Of a stretch of 64,000 nt of DNA, positions 37,775 through 51,444 are shown in pieces. The notes below the pieces were generated by a model. It was given only the letters and a program-made list of their open reading frames with translations. It was not told the DNA's origin and did no database searches. The position numbers were made by a program, and so were the translations under genes. The DNA is from Octopus sinensis (Eukaryota): positions 31,558,001 through 31,622,000 of the forward strand of contig NC_043006.1 of assembly GCF_006345805.1 (NCBI RefSeq), in the 5' to 3' direction. Positions within the stretch are counted from its first letter, which is position 1. Every line of letters starts with the position of its first letter.

Positions 37775-38251
37775 CATACACACACACACATATGTATATA
37801 TGTATGAGAGAGAAGAAAGAGAGAGAGAGGCATACACACACAGACATATACGCACATTCCTTCACGCATAGACACGTACAGATATGTACTTATGCGGCGC
37901 AGGCATCCACACAGAAGCCTCCATATAAACAGTGATTTAAGAGCTGATGACGTTTGTAGTTTGGCGATCGTCCTCCCACCGAAACCCCTACAAGCTTTCG
38001 GGCCCTTCCCACCCCATGTATATAGTGACATAAAAGCATCCTTATGTTAGCAAGGACTACGAGAGGTGTGAGGTAGAATGAATGAAATGAGGGGTTGGGT
38101 GGAGGGTGGCATTGAGAAATGAATGGGAGACGAGAGAAGAATATATGGTTGGATCTATGTGGGTGCGTACGTGCATGTGTATGTATATATATATGTATAT
38201 GTATATATATGTATGTATGTATTATGTATAGGCATGTATGTATATGTATGC

Positions 38252-38282
<31 letters not shown>

Positions 38283-38410
38283 CATACGCACATATACATA
38301 TATATATATACACATATACATACGCACATATACATATATATATACACATATACATACGCACATATATATACGCACGTACATATATATATACTTATATATA
38401 TGTATATATG

Positions 38411-38457
<47 letters not shown>

Positions 38458-38621
38458 TTATATATTCACACACACATATACATATAGATATACTTACACA
38501 TACATATATATAGAAGGAGTAAGCCAAGCGGTAACGCAGTATATTTTGTTGAGTGCGTATATGAATGCCAGTTTCTTTACGTTTTTAAATATATTTGCGT
38601 GTGTGTGTGTATGTGTGTGTG

Positions 38622-38699
<78 letters not shown>

Positions 38700-40398
38700 A
38701 GTGTATATGAGTCTGTGTGCATGTGTGTTCGCGGAAATGTGTAACTCAACCTCGTAGATCAGCAAAGTGTAACAAACATGGTGTCACATGCTATGTTTAT
38801 TATAGTTGTTGTCATTGGCACCAGTTTTCACTGTGGTTTTGTTGTTTTTGTGATTCTCATCCCTTTTCTACGCATAACACTTGTGTTTCGTTGGCGTTTA
38901 TCCCCAGGTCAAACTGTTTCCACAGATCTTTCATCAAAGGGCGTTCATCTTCGGCCATCTACTTTTTAACAACTACGTCCAAACTTATCCAATATGTCCT
39001 TCCTTTTATAACTCAGCAAATTGTGATTTGAGAGAGATGTGGTTGCCATCTCTTGCAGGTCGAGTAGCCGCAAGATGCCCCCCCCCCCCGCGTTTGTTCG
39101 GAATTGTCAGAACATTAGTCAGAATTTTCCTGCATTTATTCCAGTTCTTTACGGTCTGAGTATCCCAGGCAGCTGTAGTTAGAGTGGTTAGCTTGTCCGT
39201 ATTTAGCCGACAATATGGCGCCTTGTAAAAAAACAACAAAAAAAACAAGAAGTCGAAACCGCTGAAACTTCCACGACAAGACACATTGCTTGTAAGGATA
39301 TCTTCTGAGTTGTTTTCTAACCTGATAGGAACAGAAATTACAAAATTTACCGTATTTGATATCGTATATAAGACTCGCATTTTTCAAAAAAGAACAAAAT
39401 AAAATGGAAGACTAACAAATCTCTAAAAAGATCGTGTCAGGTCCTATGTGCGAAGTCGCCCCCCCCCCATAAGCTTTAATGCACTAAAACATTTTAGAAC
39501 TTTCTTCCTCAAATTTGAGCATGTTTAATATGACCAGACGTCTTTTACGCCATCAAAGACGGTATAATGAACCAGTGAAAAAGCCTTTACATGATCGCTT
39601 GATCTGTAAAAACCAACAGCCAAACCTGTTTCATATCACACGGCGCTCTTTTACAAAAACGAAGCCTTCACTGGATAATGCTATCTGAGATTTTGTCTTA
39701 AAGGACGGGATGTTCACGGTCGCAATGCCATTCATCATGAGTCTGTTGGAGTAGGGCTGATCAGCGTTGACCTGTGGCTAAACAACAATAGCAACAACAC
39801 TTTCTGGTGTTTTGTTTTTCCTGTTTTGTAACCTTGTTTCTCTTTGTGCCCTTGAGGCAAATAAAAGAACCATTTAATGAAAGTAACCATTAGTCACAAC
39901 CGACATTATGGTTTTTATTGATCGATAGAAATCATTTAACTTCAGAAACGTTGTTAATACAGTCACACGATATGCTGAAAATAGCAACCAAATCTCCCTC
40001 AAATCACACTCCACCATTGGAGCAATGTAGTGTTAGATTCTTAGATTCTAAGAGTTTCTGAAAATAGGGTGGGATGGGCATAACTGGAATACCTTTGACT
40101 GTTGGTTCCACTTGTGACTATCCGGTCTTTTTCCTTTGACACTCATTGCGTGATGTAATCGGAGGTGAATTTCGACCACATTACACATACACGGTTTCTC
40201 ACCGACTCATGAAAGTAGTTTCATTTGATAATTATAAAGTCGTTGCCGTTGAGATTAAAATATGTCAGGCAGATTAGCCGTGTGGATTTGGAGTTGATAG
40301 AATGAAGATTGTTTAATCCATGTCTTCGAGTCAATGACTTTCTAAATAACAACTGTCGTTGTTGTCAATCTTGTTGTTATTATTGTTGTATAAGGCAA

Positions 40399-40472
40399 GG
40401 CGGCCGACTGGCAGGTCGTTAGCACGCTGGACGAAATGTTTAGCGGTATTTCGCCCGTCGCTACGTTCTGAG

Positions 40473-40473
<1 letters not shown>
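40399..40473 (+). mobile_element. SINE family A head, truncated at the TG array
   Basis: ggcggccgactggcaggtcgttagcacgctggacgaaatgtttagcggtatttcgcccgtcgctacgttctgagt. Confidence 0.75.
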
Positions 40474-40514
<41 letters not shown>

Positions 40515-40643
40515 TGTGTGTGTGTGTGTGTGTTGTCTGTTGTGTGTGCTGTGTGTGTTGTGTTGTGTGGGTTGTCTGCTCTGTGTGTGTGTGTGTGTTG
40601 TATGTTGAGTATTGTGTGAGTGTTGTGTTGTGTGTTGTGTGTG

Positions 40644-40676
<33 letters not shown>

Positions 40677-40888
40677 GTCTGTTGTGTGTGCTGTGTGTGT
40701 TGTGTTGTGTGGATTGTCTGCTCTGTGTGTGCGTGTGTTGTATGTTGAGTGTTGTGTTGTGTGTTGTGTGTGTTGTGTGTGTTGTGTGTGTGTGTGTGTG
40801 TGTGTGTTGTGTTGTGTGGATTGTCTGCTCTGTGTGTATGTGTTGTATGTTGAGTATTGTGTGAGTGTTGTGTTGTGTGTTGTGTGTG

Positions 40889-40927
<39 letters not shown>

Positions 40928-40990
40928 GTGTGTTGTGTGTGTGTGTGTGTGTGTGTTGTGTATGCGTGTGTGTGTATGTGTGTCTGTGTC
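40474..40990. repeat. Higher-order TG/TTG minisatellite (period ~142 bp)
   Basis: Landmark ttgtctgctctg at 40572, 40714 and 40821; ttgtctgttg at 40533 and 40675. Confidence 0.85.
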
Positions 40991-41011
40991 TGTGTGCCTT
41001 TTCGATTTTTC

Positions 41012-41177
41012 TAAGTTACCGCAACTTAGCAGTTCAACAAAACAGACCAATCGAACAAGTACCAGACTTTAAACGTCATGAATACGGGGAGGGGGCGATC
41101 TGTTCGACTAAAACCCTTTAAGGCTGTGCTCCAACATGGCCGTAGTCCGATGACTGAAGCAAATAAAGGACAAAGGA
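41012..41177 (+). mobile_element. SINE family B 3' part
   Basis: gcaacttagcagttc...cgactaaaa...ggctgtgctccaacatggccgtagtc...gactgaagcaaataaagg. Confidence 0.7.
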
Positions 41178-41316
41178 AACACAGTCCTCAACTTCAACGA
41201 AAGAGCGAACGAATGGGCCGGTCTCTATGTGGTCGCTCGATCCGCTAGAAAAAGCAACCATATTTCCCTTTGCTACAGCGTTTCTCCGATCGGAAGGTTA
41301 TTCCGGTGCAGGGCGA

Positions 41317-41450
41317 CCCATTTACAGCTGAGCAGACTGGAGCAACGGGAAATGAAGTGTTTTACTCAAGAACACTACGTGCTGCTCAGTTCGTGAATCG
41401 AACCGACGATCTAGCGATTGTGAGTGCAACAGCCTAACCACTTGGCTATC
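41317..41450 (-). mobile_element. SINE family C head and body, partial
   Basis: Minus gccaagtggttaggc...ggttcgattc...gtgttcttgagtaaaacacttcatttc. Confidence 0.65.
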
Positions 41451-41752
41451 CATATCCACCACTTCTTTCAAATTTCATATTCCAAGAACCCTTTACATTA
41501 AATTATATATCTTTATTAATTTTTTTCCCCCACTTACACAAAGTTAAATTTCTTAAGACATTCGATAAACCATAAAACTGTCTTGGAAAGTCTTGGCAGT
41601 GATAAATCCGTTTAAGAGATTTCGTCTGAACCAATAACTTCTTTAGACTTAATTCCATTACAATTCCTCCATTAAAGAAATCATTTTTCCCTGTAGGAAG
41701 TCTCTGCTACCAACAGATGTCAGGATTTAGCTACCTCGGAAAATATATTTAC

Positions 41753-41917
41753 AGGCACATGCGTGGCTGTGTGGTAAGAAGCTTACTTCCCAACCACATG
41801 GTTCTGGGTTCAGTCCCACTGCGTGATGCCTTAGCCAGGTGTCTTCTACTATAGTTTCAGGACGACTAAAACCTTGTGAGTGGATTTCGTAGATGGAGTC
41901 TGAAAGAAGCCTGTCTA

Positions 41918-41994
<77 letters not shown>

Positions 41995-42148
41995 GCCTAT
42001 CTATCTATCTATCTATCTGTCTATATCTACCTATCTACCTATCTATCTATATCTATCTATATCTATCTATCTATCTATCTATCTATTTACCTATCTATCT
42101 AACTATGTATATCTATCTACCTATCTATCTATCTATCAATCTATCTCC

Positions 42149-42220
<72 letters not shown>

Positions 42221-42232
42221 ATTCTATCTAAC

Positions 42233-42319
<87 letters not shown>

Positions 42320-42538
42320 GTGTGTGTGTGTTTGTGTTTGTTCTCCACCACCACTTTATAACCAGTGTTGATTTGTTTACGTCCCCGTAACTTAGCAGAG
42401 CGGTTCGGCAAAAGAGACCGACAGAACAAATACCATGCCTTAAAAAGTACTGGGGTTGATTTGTTGCAGTAAAAATTCTTCGAGGCGGTCCTCCAGCATC
42501 GTCGCAGTCTAATGACGGAAACAAGTAAAAAATAAAAT
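41753..42538 (+). mobile_element. SINE family B with central microsatellite expanded to ~400 bp of (TATC)n/(TA)n
   Basis: Head 41753-41915, array 41915-42330, tail 42340-42538. Confidence 0.85.
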
Positions 42539-42790
42539 AGATATTAATACATCGTATTTTATATTAAAGTATATAAGTGAAATGGAATTAAATGCAAAAC
42601 TCACTGAAAGACGCACAGACACATTTATAACCATTTCTCGTGGGATTCCAGAATTCTTCGTGATTTCTCTCAGAACTGTAGCGTTGGGAAATACTTCTCA
42701 ATCGATTTAAAAAGAGCAGAGGTAGAATGTCGGTGTTGTAGTTTTTCATACCTCCAGAAAGACAAGATGGCCACGCCTTTGAGCCTAAAC

Positions 42791-43458
42791 CAGTGGCTCT
42801 CCACCGTGGGTTATATGACCCTTGGCGGAGTCCGTATAAGATTTTATTGTTATAGTTAGGATTCTTTTATTTGTTTCAGTCATTTGACTGCGGCCATGCT
42901 GGAGCACCGCCTTTAGTCAAACAAATCGACCCAAGACTTGTTCTTTGCAAGCCTAGTATATTATTCTATCGGTATTTTTGCCGGACCGCTATGTTACGGA
43001 GACGTAGACACACCAACATCGGTTGTCAAGTGAGGATGGGGGGATACAAACACACACGCGCGCGCGCGCGCGCGCGTGTGTGGTGTGTGTGTGTGCGCGC
43101 GTGTGTGTGTATACGACTGGCTTCTTTCAGTTACCATCTACCAAATCCACTCACAAAGCTTTGGTCGGCCCGAGGCTATAGTAGAAGACACTTGCCCAAG
43201 GTGACATGCAGTGGGACTGAGCCCAGAATCATGTGGTTGACTACGAAGCTACTTACCACACAGCCACTCCTGCGCCTATACATAAAATATTTCAACAATC
43301 TTTCCATACAATTCCCAATAATATATTTAATCCTAAAAATATAATAGAATTTTCTTAAACATTGAATGGCTATTAGGGTCCACATTGAATGACTATTAGG
43401 TGAGCAAAATAGAAATCAAAGGGGTCAAATGTATAAAAAAAGGGATTGAGAGCCACTG
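42791..43458. mobile_element. hAT-superfamily MITE with 8-bp TSD
   Basis: TIR cagtggctctc/gagagccactg; perfect TSD GCCTAAAC at 42783-42790 and 43459-43466. Confidence 0.92.
42861..43277 (-). mobile_element. SINE family B nested inside the hAT MITE
   Basis: Full-length family B lying between the MITE TIRs; central repeat is (CG)n/(TG)n. Confidence 0.9.
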
Positions 43459-43725
43459 GCCTAAACTACACAACTACACTGAATCTCCGGAGACAACATC
43501 TGGACACAAGACCCTATCACTTTCCCCACTAACTGGTGAAGGTCAAGGTCTCCAAAAGAAAATTGATGATGCTAGAAGCAACAGCCAAATCCTCGCTCAA
43601 AACCCATCGCAAAATCTTTAAAAAGGACACAGGATAATGCAACTCAGAGTACACTATTCCTGTAAAAATAGACTTGGGACAAACAATATTCACCGAAAAC
43701 AACACTTCTGCCACCACCATCACCA

Positions 43726-43766
<41 letters not shown>

Positions 43767-44119
43767 ACTGTCATTATTTTATACTGGTTTAAGACATTTG
43801 ATACAGCATCGATGACAGATTCGCTTTTGGCGACTTGTCAAGATTTGGGGAGAATTTAAAAGAAAAGGGAGGTAGTGAGGGAGACAGAAAGAGAGAGAAA
43901 GACGAAAAGAGTGAAGGAGAGAGATAAAGGAAGAGAAAGAGAGAGATAGAGGAAGAGAAAGAGAGAGATAGAGAGGGGGGAGATAAACTGGTAGAGCGAC
44001 TCACTGACAGACAATAAAAGAGCAGTTAAGCATCTGTAGGATGTCAACACAGCTGGGATATTGTTTAGTTAATGAGACAGAGAGATAGGGGGAGGGAGGA
44101 GAAGAGGGAGATGAATAGA

Positions 44120-44247
44120 CAAACAGACAGGCAGACAGGCAGGCAGGCAGATAGGTAGATAGGTAGATAGATAGGAAGGTGAGTAGAAAGATAGATAGAT
44201 AGATAGGTAGGTAGGTAGGTAGGTAGGTAGGTAGGTAGATAGATAGT

Positions 44248-44332
<85 letters not shown>

Positions 44333-44360
44333 TGAGTGATTGATAGACAGACAGACAAAT
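44120..44360. repeat. (GACA)/(GGTA)/(GATA)n compound microsatellite
   Basis: Directly visible. Confidence 0.95.
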
Positions 44361-45060
44361 AGTAGGCGTGAAAGAGCGAGGTGGGGATGTATGTGTGTAA
44401 ATCTACGGAGAGAGAAGAGAGAAAGAGAGGGGGCAGAGAAGGAGAGAGAGAGAGAGAGAGAAAGTTAGGGGGGCTGAAAGAGATGTTAGTGGAGAGAGAG
44501 GGAAAGAGGGAGAGAGAAGAATCGATTAATCGATGATAAGCAAAAGAAAAGAGACGCAGAGGTGGAGAGGACCTTAGAATAGAAGCACAGAGAGAGACAG
44601 ACAGACAGACAGTAGTAGTAGTAGTAGTAGTAGTTAGTAGTAGTAGTAGTTAGTAGTAGTAAGGGACCAGGTGTCAGTAAGTATAGGGGGAGGTGTTTCA
44701 TGCGAAACTCCGTTCTTATCGCGTTGGCAAATTTTTTACTTGTTTGTTGCTTTTTCTGCTTTTTCTTTTTTATCTCATTCATTCATCTCTTTATATTTCC
44801 ACGGCGTTTGAGCATCTGGCCGGTCAGTTGTAAAATCTGGTCTCCATCATTGTTTAAGGTCAACAGGATCACTTGACTGAATGGCTGCTCACACTCATAC
44901 TTCAATACATTCTCTTATACACACACACACACACTCACACACTCACACTCACACACGCACACGCACACGCACACACACGCATACATACATACATACATAC
45001 ATACATACATACATACATACATACATACATACATACATACATACACATACATACATACAT

Positions 45061-46587
45061 TCTTTCTGCATTTGTTAAAACAGTGGCCCACAATGTGTTT
45101 GTAGTGCCAGTACTCATACCAACATTTGGGCTGCTTGATGAGATCCGATGTAAATACCCGAAAAATACTAACAATACTAACAAAAATACTAACAAAAATA
45201 CTAACAAGCACACATAATGTCCACATAAACAGTGACGTGGATTGCCTCCACCTAAAACGAAAACAAGGCGACAGAGGCTTAACATCGATCCAAAATGCCT
45301 TTGAATGTCGGATCATATCCCTTCGGCAACACCTTTTAGTCACCAAGTGTTGAAGTGCATCCATTGACCAAGTTTCCATACATGAGGCTGATAACATCAT
45401 AAGACTTGGAAGGCTGCTCCTTGAGCAACACTCTTTGTCTGATAACCTATAATACATGCCGAAAGAAGTTGCACGGCTCTACTGCAACGTATCATCAGAT
45501 GAAAGGATGAGCCTATATGAGCAGAAGATATGGTCATGTTAGTAGAAAGCTCCGAAATGATAGTAACATCGATCACCAAGGCAGTAGCCTGAGTACTACC
45601 TCCCACTTTAAAGGGTATGCGTTTGCAATCCAGGAACAGGAAATATCAACCAAGTACCTGATGCACAAAAAGGATAGAGATGCAGGAAAAGTCGTGAAAT
45701 GTGACATCCGATGTAGACTTTATGGAGTTCCATTGAAGACATCACCCACATCATAAGCAGTTGTCCGAAAATGTCATCACAGTATTATCTACCGATAAGA
45801 CATGGTGTTGTAGCTAGGATACTCTGTAATGAAATCCGTCGGAAGGATAATCCCAAGGACAAAGAAATAAGAACCCACAGTATGGTAGAAAGCATAGCCA
45901 CACATAATAAAAAGGAATACTGGTGGAATAATCCAGTGAAGACCTAAATAAGATGTAAGCCGAACAGACCTGACATAATGATTTTGGATAAAGAAGAGAA
46001 ACAGTTTTGGAAATTAGCTGCCCAGTGGATGTTAACATAAAGCTGAAGATCAGGGAAAAAGAGAACACATATGCTGAACTATTGAGATATCTGCAGTCAA
46101 TCTATCCAGATTACAAGTTCAGATTTATACCTGTAATTACTGGAGCCCTTGGATATGTAACACACTGTTTAGTTACCAATCTTGAGAAATTAGCCTTCTC
46201 AAAACCAGAAAAGAGAAAGCTAATTCGAAGACTACAGATCCAATCCATCACTGGAACTGTAAAAATCTGTAAAACTTTCCAGAAGTTTATCATTTAAATA
46301 TGTATGAGCATGTCTAGATATGCAATTATAAACATGAGAATACATACATAAAACAAAAAAATCTGCACATACATACATACATACATACATACATAACATA
46401 CATACATACATACATACATACATACATACATACATACTTACATACATACTTACATACATACATACAAACAAAAGTACCCTGTTGTTGATGTTGAAATTCC
46501 AATGAAGGAGCCTTGGATCTAGGTTAGAAACCGGTTCTTTCTCTATTGGCAAGAAATCTTGAAACAAAACTGAACAATGACATACAT
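45061..46587 (+). mobile_element. R4/Dong-like RLE LINE, 5'-truncated, embedded in (TACA)n
   Basis: VAHNVFVVPVLIPTFGLLD, HINSDVD..LKRKQGDRGL, FKGYAFAIQEQEISTKYL, CRLYG..EDITHIISSC (decayed CCHC), RPDIMI, EISCPVD...FIPVITGALG...TGTVKICKTFQKFII* (stop at 46297). The 3'UTR ends ...aatgacatacat. Confidence 0.88.
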
Positions 46588-46619
46588 GCATATGCTATAT
46601 AGTATTTAAATATATATCC

Positions 46620-46701
46620 GCATGTCTAGACATGCAGCCATATGCATGAGAATACATACATAAAACAAAGCATACACGTCTGCACATGCACTGACTCCAA
46701 A

Positions 46702-46759
<58 letters not shown>

Positions 46760-46868
46760 GCAAAAATACCATGTTGATGTTAAAATGAAGGAACCTTGGA
46801 TCTACATTAGAAACCGACAATTTCTCTGCAGACAACAAATCTTGAAATAAACTGAATAATGACATACA
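46620..46868 (+). mobile_element. Second, diverged copy of the same LINE 3'UTR
   Basis: catgtctagacatgc...catgagaatacatacataaaacaa...ccttggatcta...agaaaccg...aaatcttgaaa...aatgacatac mirrors 46310-46587. Confidence 0.85.
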
Positions 46869-47104
46869 ACAAATATCCTGCTCAATATCACACATTCGCT
46901 TGATATTAGCTAGTTGAGCATGTCCCTTTGTGACTGACAATATTCGCATGTATGTCTGAACGGGACCGGATGCCAGTTCTCTCGCTTATTCAGTTGTTGT
47001 AACACCAGGCGAATTGATGAGACTATATACTTTTTCGCCTGTAAGCGTTGCCTACCCACGAACTAGCAAAACACATACCTTGTGCATGTGGGTTCGATAT
47101 TGTT

Positions 47105-47142
<38 letters not shown>

Positions 47143-47157
47143 GTGTGTGTGTGTGTG

Positions 47158-47214
<57 letters not shown>

Positions 47215-47216
<2 letters not shown>

Positions 47217-47490
47217 ATACAAACTGGGACAAGAACGCAAAACATTTAGAAGACGATACAAAAAACACGGACGGGACATTCGAAGCCTTCAATCTTCAGT
47301 CAAGAACTGGATCATCCTCGCAAATTCGGCTGATTAATCTTGAGATTGCTCCGATCTGGCCAGCCCCAAAGGACAATCTAAGCCAAGCGCATTAGATTCC
47401 TTGGAAGAAAGCCTCGAATGTATACAAAACAAGGACGGAAAAACGGACGATGTTATACGAATAAGAATACAAAAATACGTAAAAACAATA
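47215..47490 (-). mobile_element. PLE tail family P1
   Basis: Minus cagccgaatttgcg...gactgaagattgaaggcttcgaatgtcccgtcc; homologous to 2750-3062. Confidence 0.6.
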
Positions 47491-47801
47491 ATGATAATAA
47501 TAGTGTGTGTGTGTACATATTTGTATGCACACACACACACACACACACATACACACACACATATATATATATATTAGCAAGCGACATCGCAGTGCATATC
47601 GGTGTTTTAGTGCCTTTATGTGTCAAGCAAAATATTTTTCTCTTATAAACTGCATTGAAGAGCTTTTTACTGGTTCAAGCATCTCCCAAACATATTTGAA
47701 CAGGTTTTAAGTTTGTGTACTCTCAGTCATTCTACGCGCAACATCAACAACAACAACTACTACTACTACTACTACTACACACACACACACACACACACAC
47801 A

Positions 47802-48096
47802 CAGTGAAACGTCGGTTTACGAATGCCTTTCATCATGAACAAATCGTTTTACAATGTTTTGAACATAAAACGTCTCGGGTGACGAACGGTTCTCGAACAC
47901 GCAAACTGACAACAACGGTTGGTGATAAGCTGGGAGCATCAATTGTCGCCTGTCTTTCACTCAATGCACATCCTTACTGAAATTCGCCGAGCCTTGTCTT
48001 GAATTTCCTATGGGGGAAATAGTTTCGGTTCGCGAACAAATCGGGAGAGGAACGGCATTCACTAATGAATGAAATTCACAAACCGAGGTTCGACTG
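47802..48096. mobile_element. Tigger/pogo-like MITE (~295 bp)
   Basis: Left cagtgaaacgtcggtttacgaat matches the reverse complement of the right end, cagtcgaacctcggtttgtgaat. TA at 48097-48098; the left flank is absorbed in (CA)n. Confidence 0.75.
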
Positions 48097-48743
48097 TATA
48101 AGTGTCAAGTGAGTCTGCTTTGCAGTGTCCACACTATATATAATGCAGTGTGACGTGTCGTAATGAAAACAAATTTCACGGGTCGACCATTGCTGTTATT
48201 TAGCGGGCAACAAACCTTCCAATTTTCTTTTGGTTCGTAAACCTAATTTAAACCGTATGTCAATTAGTCTTTGTTTAGCAACTCTCCAACCGTCTGAAGG
48301 AAGGATTAATGCTAATTCCTCGCCAGATGACACGAATTAAATCTTTTTCATCAAAGGATTAAGAAAAATATATATATGTTACAAATCAGGAAGAAAACAG
48401 TTTGGAGGTTTAGATTGCGTCACTTTTACGTTCTGCCATTAGATCGTAAGGCTTAGTTAAACCTCCATCAAATCCTTTACACACACGCGCGCGCGCACAT
48501 GCACATACACGCACACACAGACACCCATGTACATATATATATATAAATATTTCTATAAATGTGTGTGTGTGTGTATTTGCGCACACACATGGGTAGGGAC
48601 ACGCACATATGCATGCGTATGTGTGCACACATATATTCATAGATGTCTCTAGATATATGTGTACCTGTATATGTGTGTGTATGAGTGTGTATATATTTGT
48701 ATTTGTATGTGCACACACACACACATTCATTTTGACAGAGATG

Positions 48744-48777
<34 letters not shown>

Positions 48778-49188
48778 GAGAAAGAGAGAAGGAATTAGTT
48801 TGTAAATATCCTAGAAGAGCAGATAAAAGCACATGATGATGGATAAGCTCACAAACTATAACTAAACTGCTGTGACAAACCACCTGACTGAGTGGTTAAC
48901 CTGTTCATCAAGCGATTGATTAGTAAACTAGTTAACAATCCATTATTAAGTAAGTTACTTAACCTGTTCATTGGAAATAATGGTAATAAAATTAAGTGAA
49001 ATAGAACTGGTGTGTGTGTTTTATTGGCAAAATGACAGTCCCAAAGTACATCACTTTCAAAATATGATTTTACAACAGTCTTGGAAAACAAAGCAAATAC
49101 AAAAACGATTTCCACATTTGTATGTATGTACACGCATACTCACACACACACGCGCACACACACACACACACGCACACACACACACACG

Positions 49189-49219
<31 letters not shown>

Positions 49220-50540
49220 AAACGCACATACACTCACGTACACATGTTTGTGTGTATATAGACACATACACATGTATCTATTAATTTCGATGGAACATAG
49301 AAGATAAAGCTGACCTCAGATGGATTTGCCTTATCTTAGCTGGATTTGCCTTTTTTTAACTGGATGTTGCCTTATTGTAGTAAAGTATTTAACCGTTTTT
49401 CGAAATTTTTTTATGAAATACGCACTTGAATTCGGAGATTACGATTCTGGAACAGAAAAAAATGCAAACATCTCAAATTTTTTAAACCTTCTTTTCTCCA
49501 CCCCACTCAAAGACTTTCCAAAATGACCACCCTTCAATAATGCGTGGATGCATGCTAAGCATGACCCATCAGACGAAACTTCCAGCTTATAATGAGTGAA
49601 TTTATCTCAAGGAGGTGGCTCACAACCAATAGAAATAACAGACAATTCACCCTCAAACCATACACGTGTGATGTGTTACACAATGAAGATCACTTTGGGC
49701 AATATAACTCAAGATATACAAAAACACGAAATGTCTTTGATCCCAAGGTGGACTTGGTGCAAAGCAACAACATGTAGTGTGTCTATGTGTGTGTTGATGT
49801 ATGTGTTCGTATGCATGAGTGTGTGTATGTCTGTGTGTGTGTGTGTGTGTTATTCTTGTTTCTTCGTTTTTGTTTTTTGGTATGAGATGTATTGTGCAAG
49901 AAACTTGTTTAAATAACAACTTCACAAAAGATGAAGCACTAACTTCAAGGATAATGAAAGAAAAATAAAGCGGGATAATCACGGATGGAAAGCCTTCGAT
50001 CACAGGTCTGCTCGATCTGATGAAATAAGAGGAGGCTTTTACGTAGTTGCAAAAAAAATTGATAGAAATAGTAATCAAAAAACAAAAAAAAAATCATTAA
50101 AACTTCAACTTTATACTTTGTGACGCCTTCGGGGTTTAAAGTAATCATAATTAACTGGTTAATTAATACACTATAATATTTTAATTAATGCGGTTTGGTG
50201 TAATCACGCACTTGACTATGAAATTCTAAAATTAAAGATTCCTTGTTTCTCTCAGCACAGAAGCGTTCCGGGGATTTTTATGCAATTCCACTTTCTTTCA
50301 GGTGGTACCCCTTGCTAGAACGTACGCTGGATGTGAACACAACTGCAAACAAGAAACTACAAAACGAACTTATAAAGAAATCTCTATCAGGATTAGGGAA
50401 TCTTTTTATGATGGAAAATTTTACACGAGGAGCCCTAGCTTCATTGTGTTTTTGTGGTTGTTCTTGTTGCCAAGATGTTTACAATGGACTGGTTGGATGA
50501 TGCTCCACTGGTCCCTAAAACATCAGTTTTCAATTTCATT

Positions 50541-50922
50541 GCGCAGGCGTGGCTGTGTGGTAAGATGGTTGTTTCCCAACGACATGGCTCTGATTTCAGT
50601 CCCATTGTGCGGTACCTTGAGCAAGTGTCTTATAGCCTCGGGTCGAATAAAGCCTTGTGAGTGAATTTGATAGACAGAAACTAGAAGAAGCCTGTCGTAT
50701 ATATCTATATATGTATCTATGTGTGTGTGTCATTGTGTCCGCGATTGCCCACCACCACGGCTTGACAGCCGGTGTTGGTGTTTTTACGTCCATGTAACTT
50801 AGCGGTTCGGTTAAAGACACCGATAGAATAAGTACACGGTATTAAAAAAAATAAGCCCTGCGATCGATTTGTTCAACTAAAACCTCAGTCAAATGTCTGA
50901 AACAAGTAAAAGGTAAAAAAGG
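50541..50922 (+). mobile_element. SINE family B, diverged
   Basis: gcgcaggcgtggctgtgtggtaag...gtaacttagcggttcgg...ctgaaacaagtaaaagg. Confidence 0.85.
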
Positions 50923-51444
50923 AAAATAAAAGATAAAATTGTTAACCGACCGCTTAGCTTTCACAACCTTTCGTCCTACAGCCCTTGAGGATTTTCTCTA
51001 TGGTAGCCGAAGACAGAGAATCTGTATACCTCACCCTCTTCGCAGCATGCAAAGCAGATTTGAGTAGCAACAGCAACAACAATAACAACCTTGTAAAGCC
51101 TCTTGGGCCAAAAAAAATATTTTAAATATTACTTATATTTGTTGTTCATTAATCAGAAGTCTGCTTCGAGAGAGCAGTCCTAAGATCAAAGATTATCCAG
51201 TGATGGTTGTCCATCCCACCTTTTTCTCATTCTTTGTGTGTGTGTTTGCGCGCGCGAGTGTGTATAACAGAGCATTGGCGCAATGTCGTGTTGAGATCTG
51301 AGCAGAATTTAGATTAGTTGAAATATGTTTGTCACATATTTCAGCTAACCTAAAAATACATACATATATATATTATATATATATATATATATATATTATA
51401 TAGATATATATATATATATATATATATATAGATTATATATGATA

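Noticed and set aside
38908-39060. tatccccag| acceptor with open frame VKLFPQIF...SLAG
   Set aside because: Weak donor, no homology; within chance expectation.
39345-39385. accgtatttgatatcgtatataagactcgc resembling a pogo/Tigger TIR
   Set aside because: No partner TIR or TSD found.
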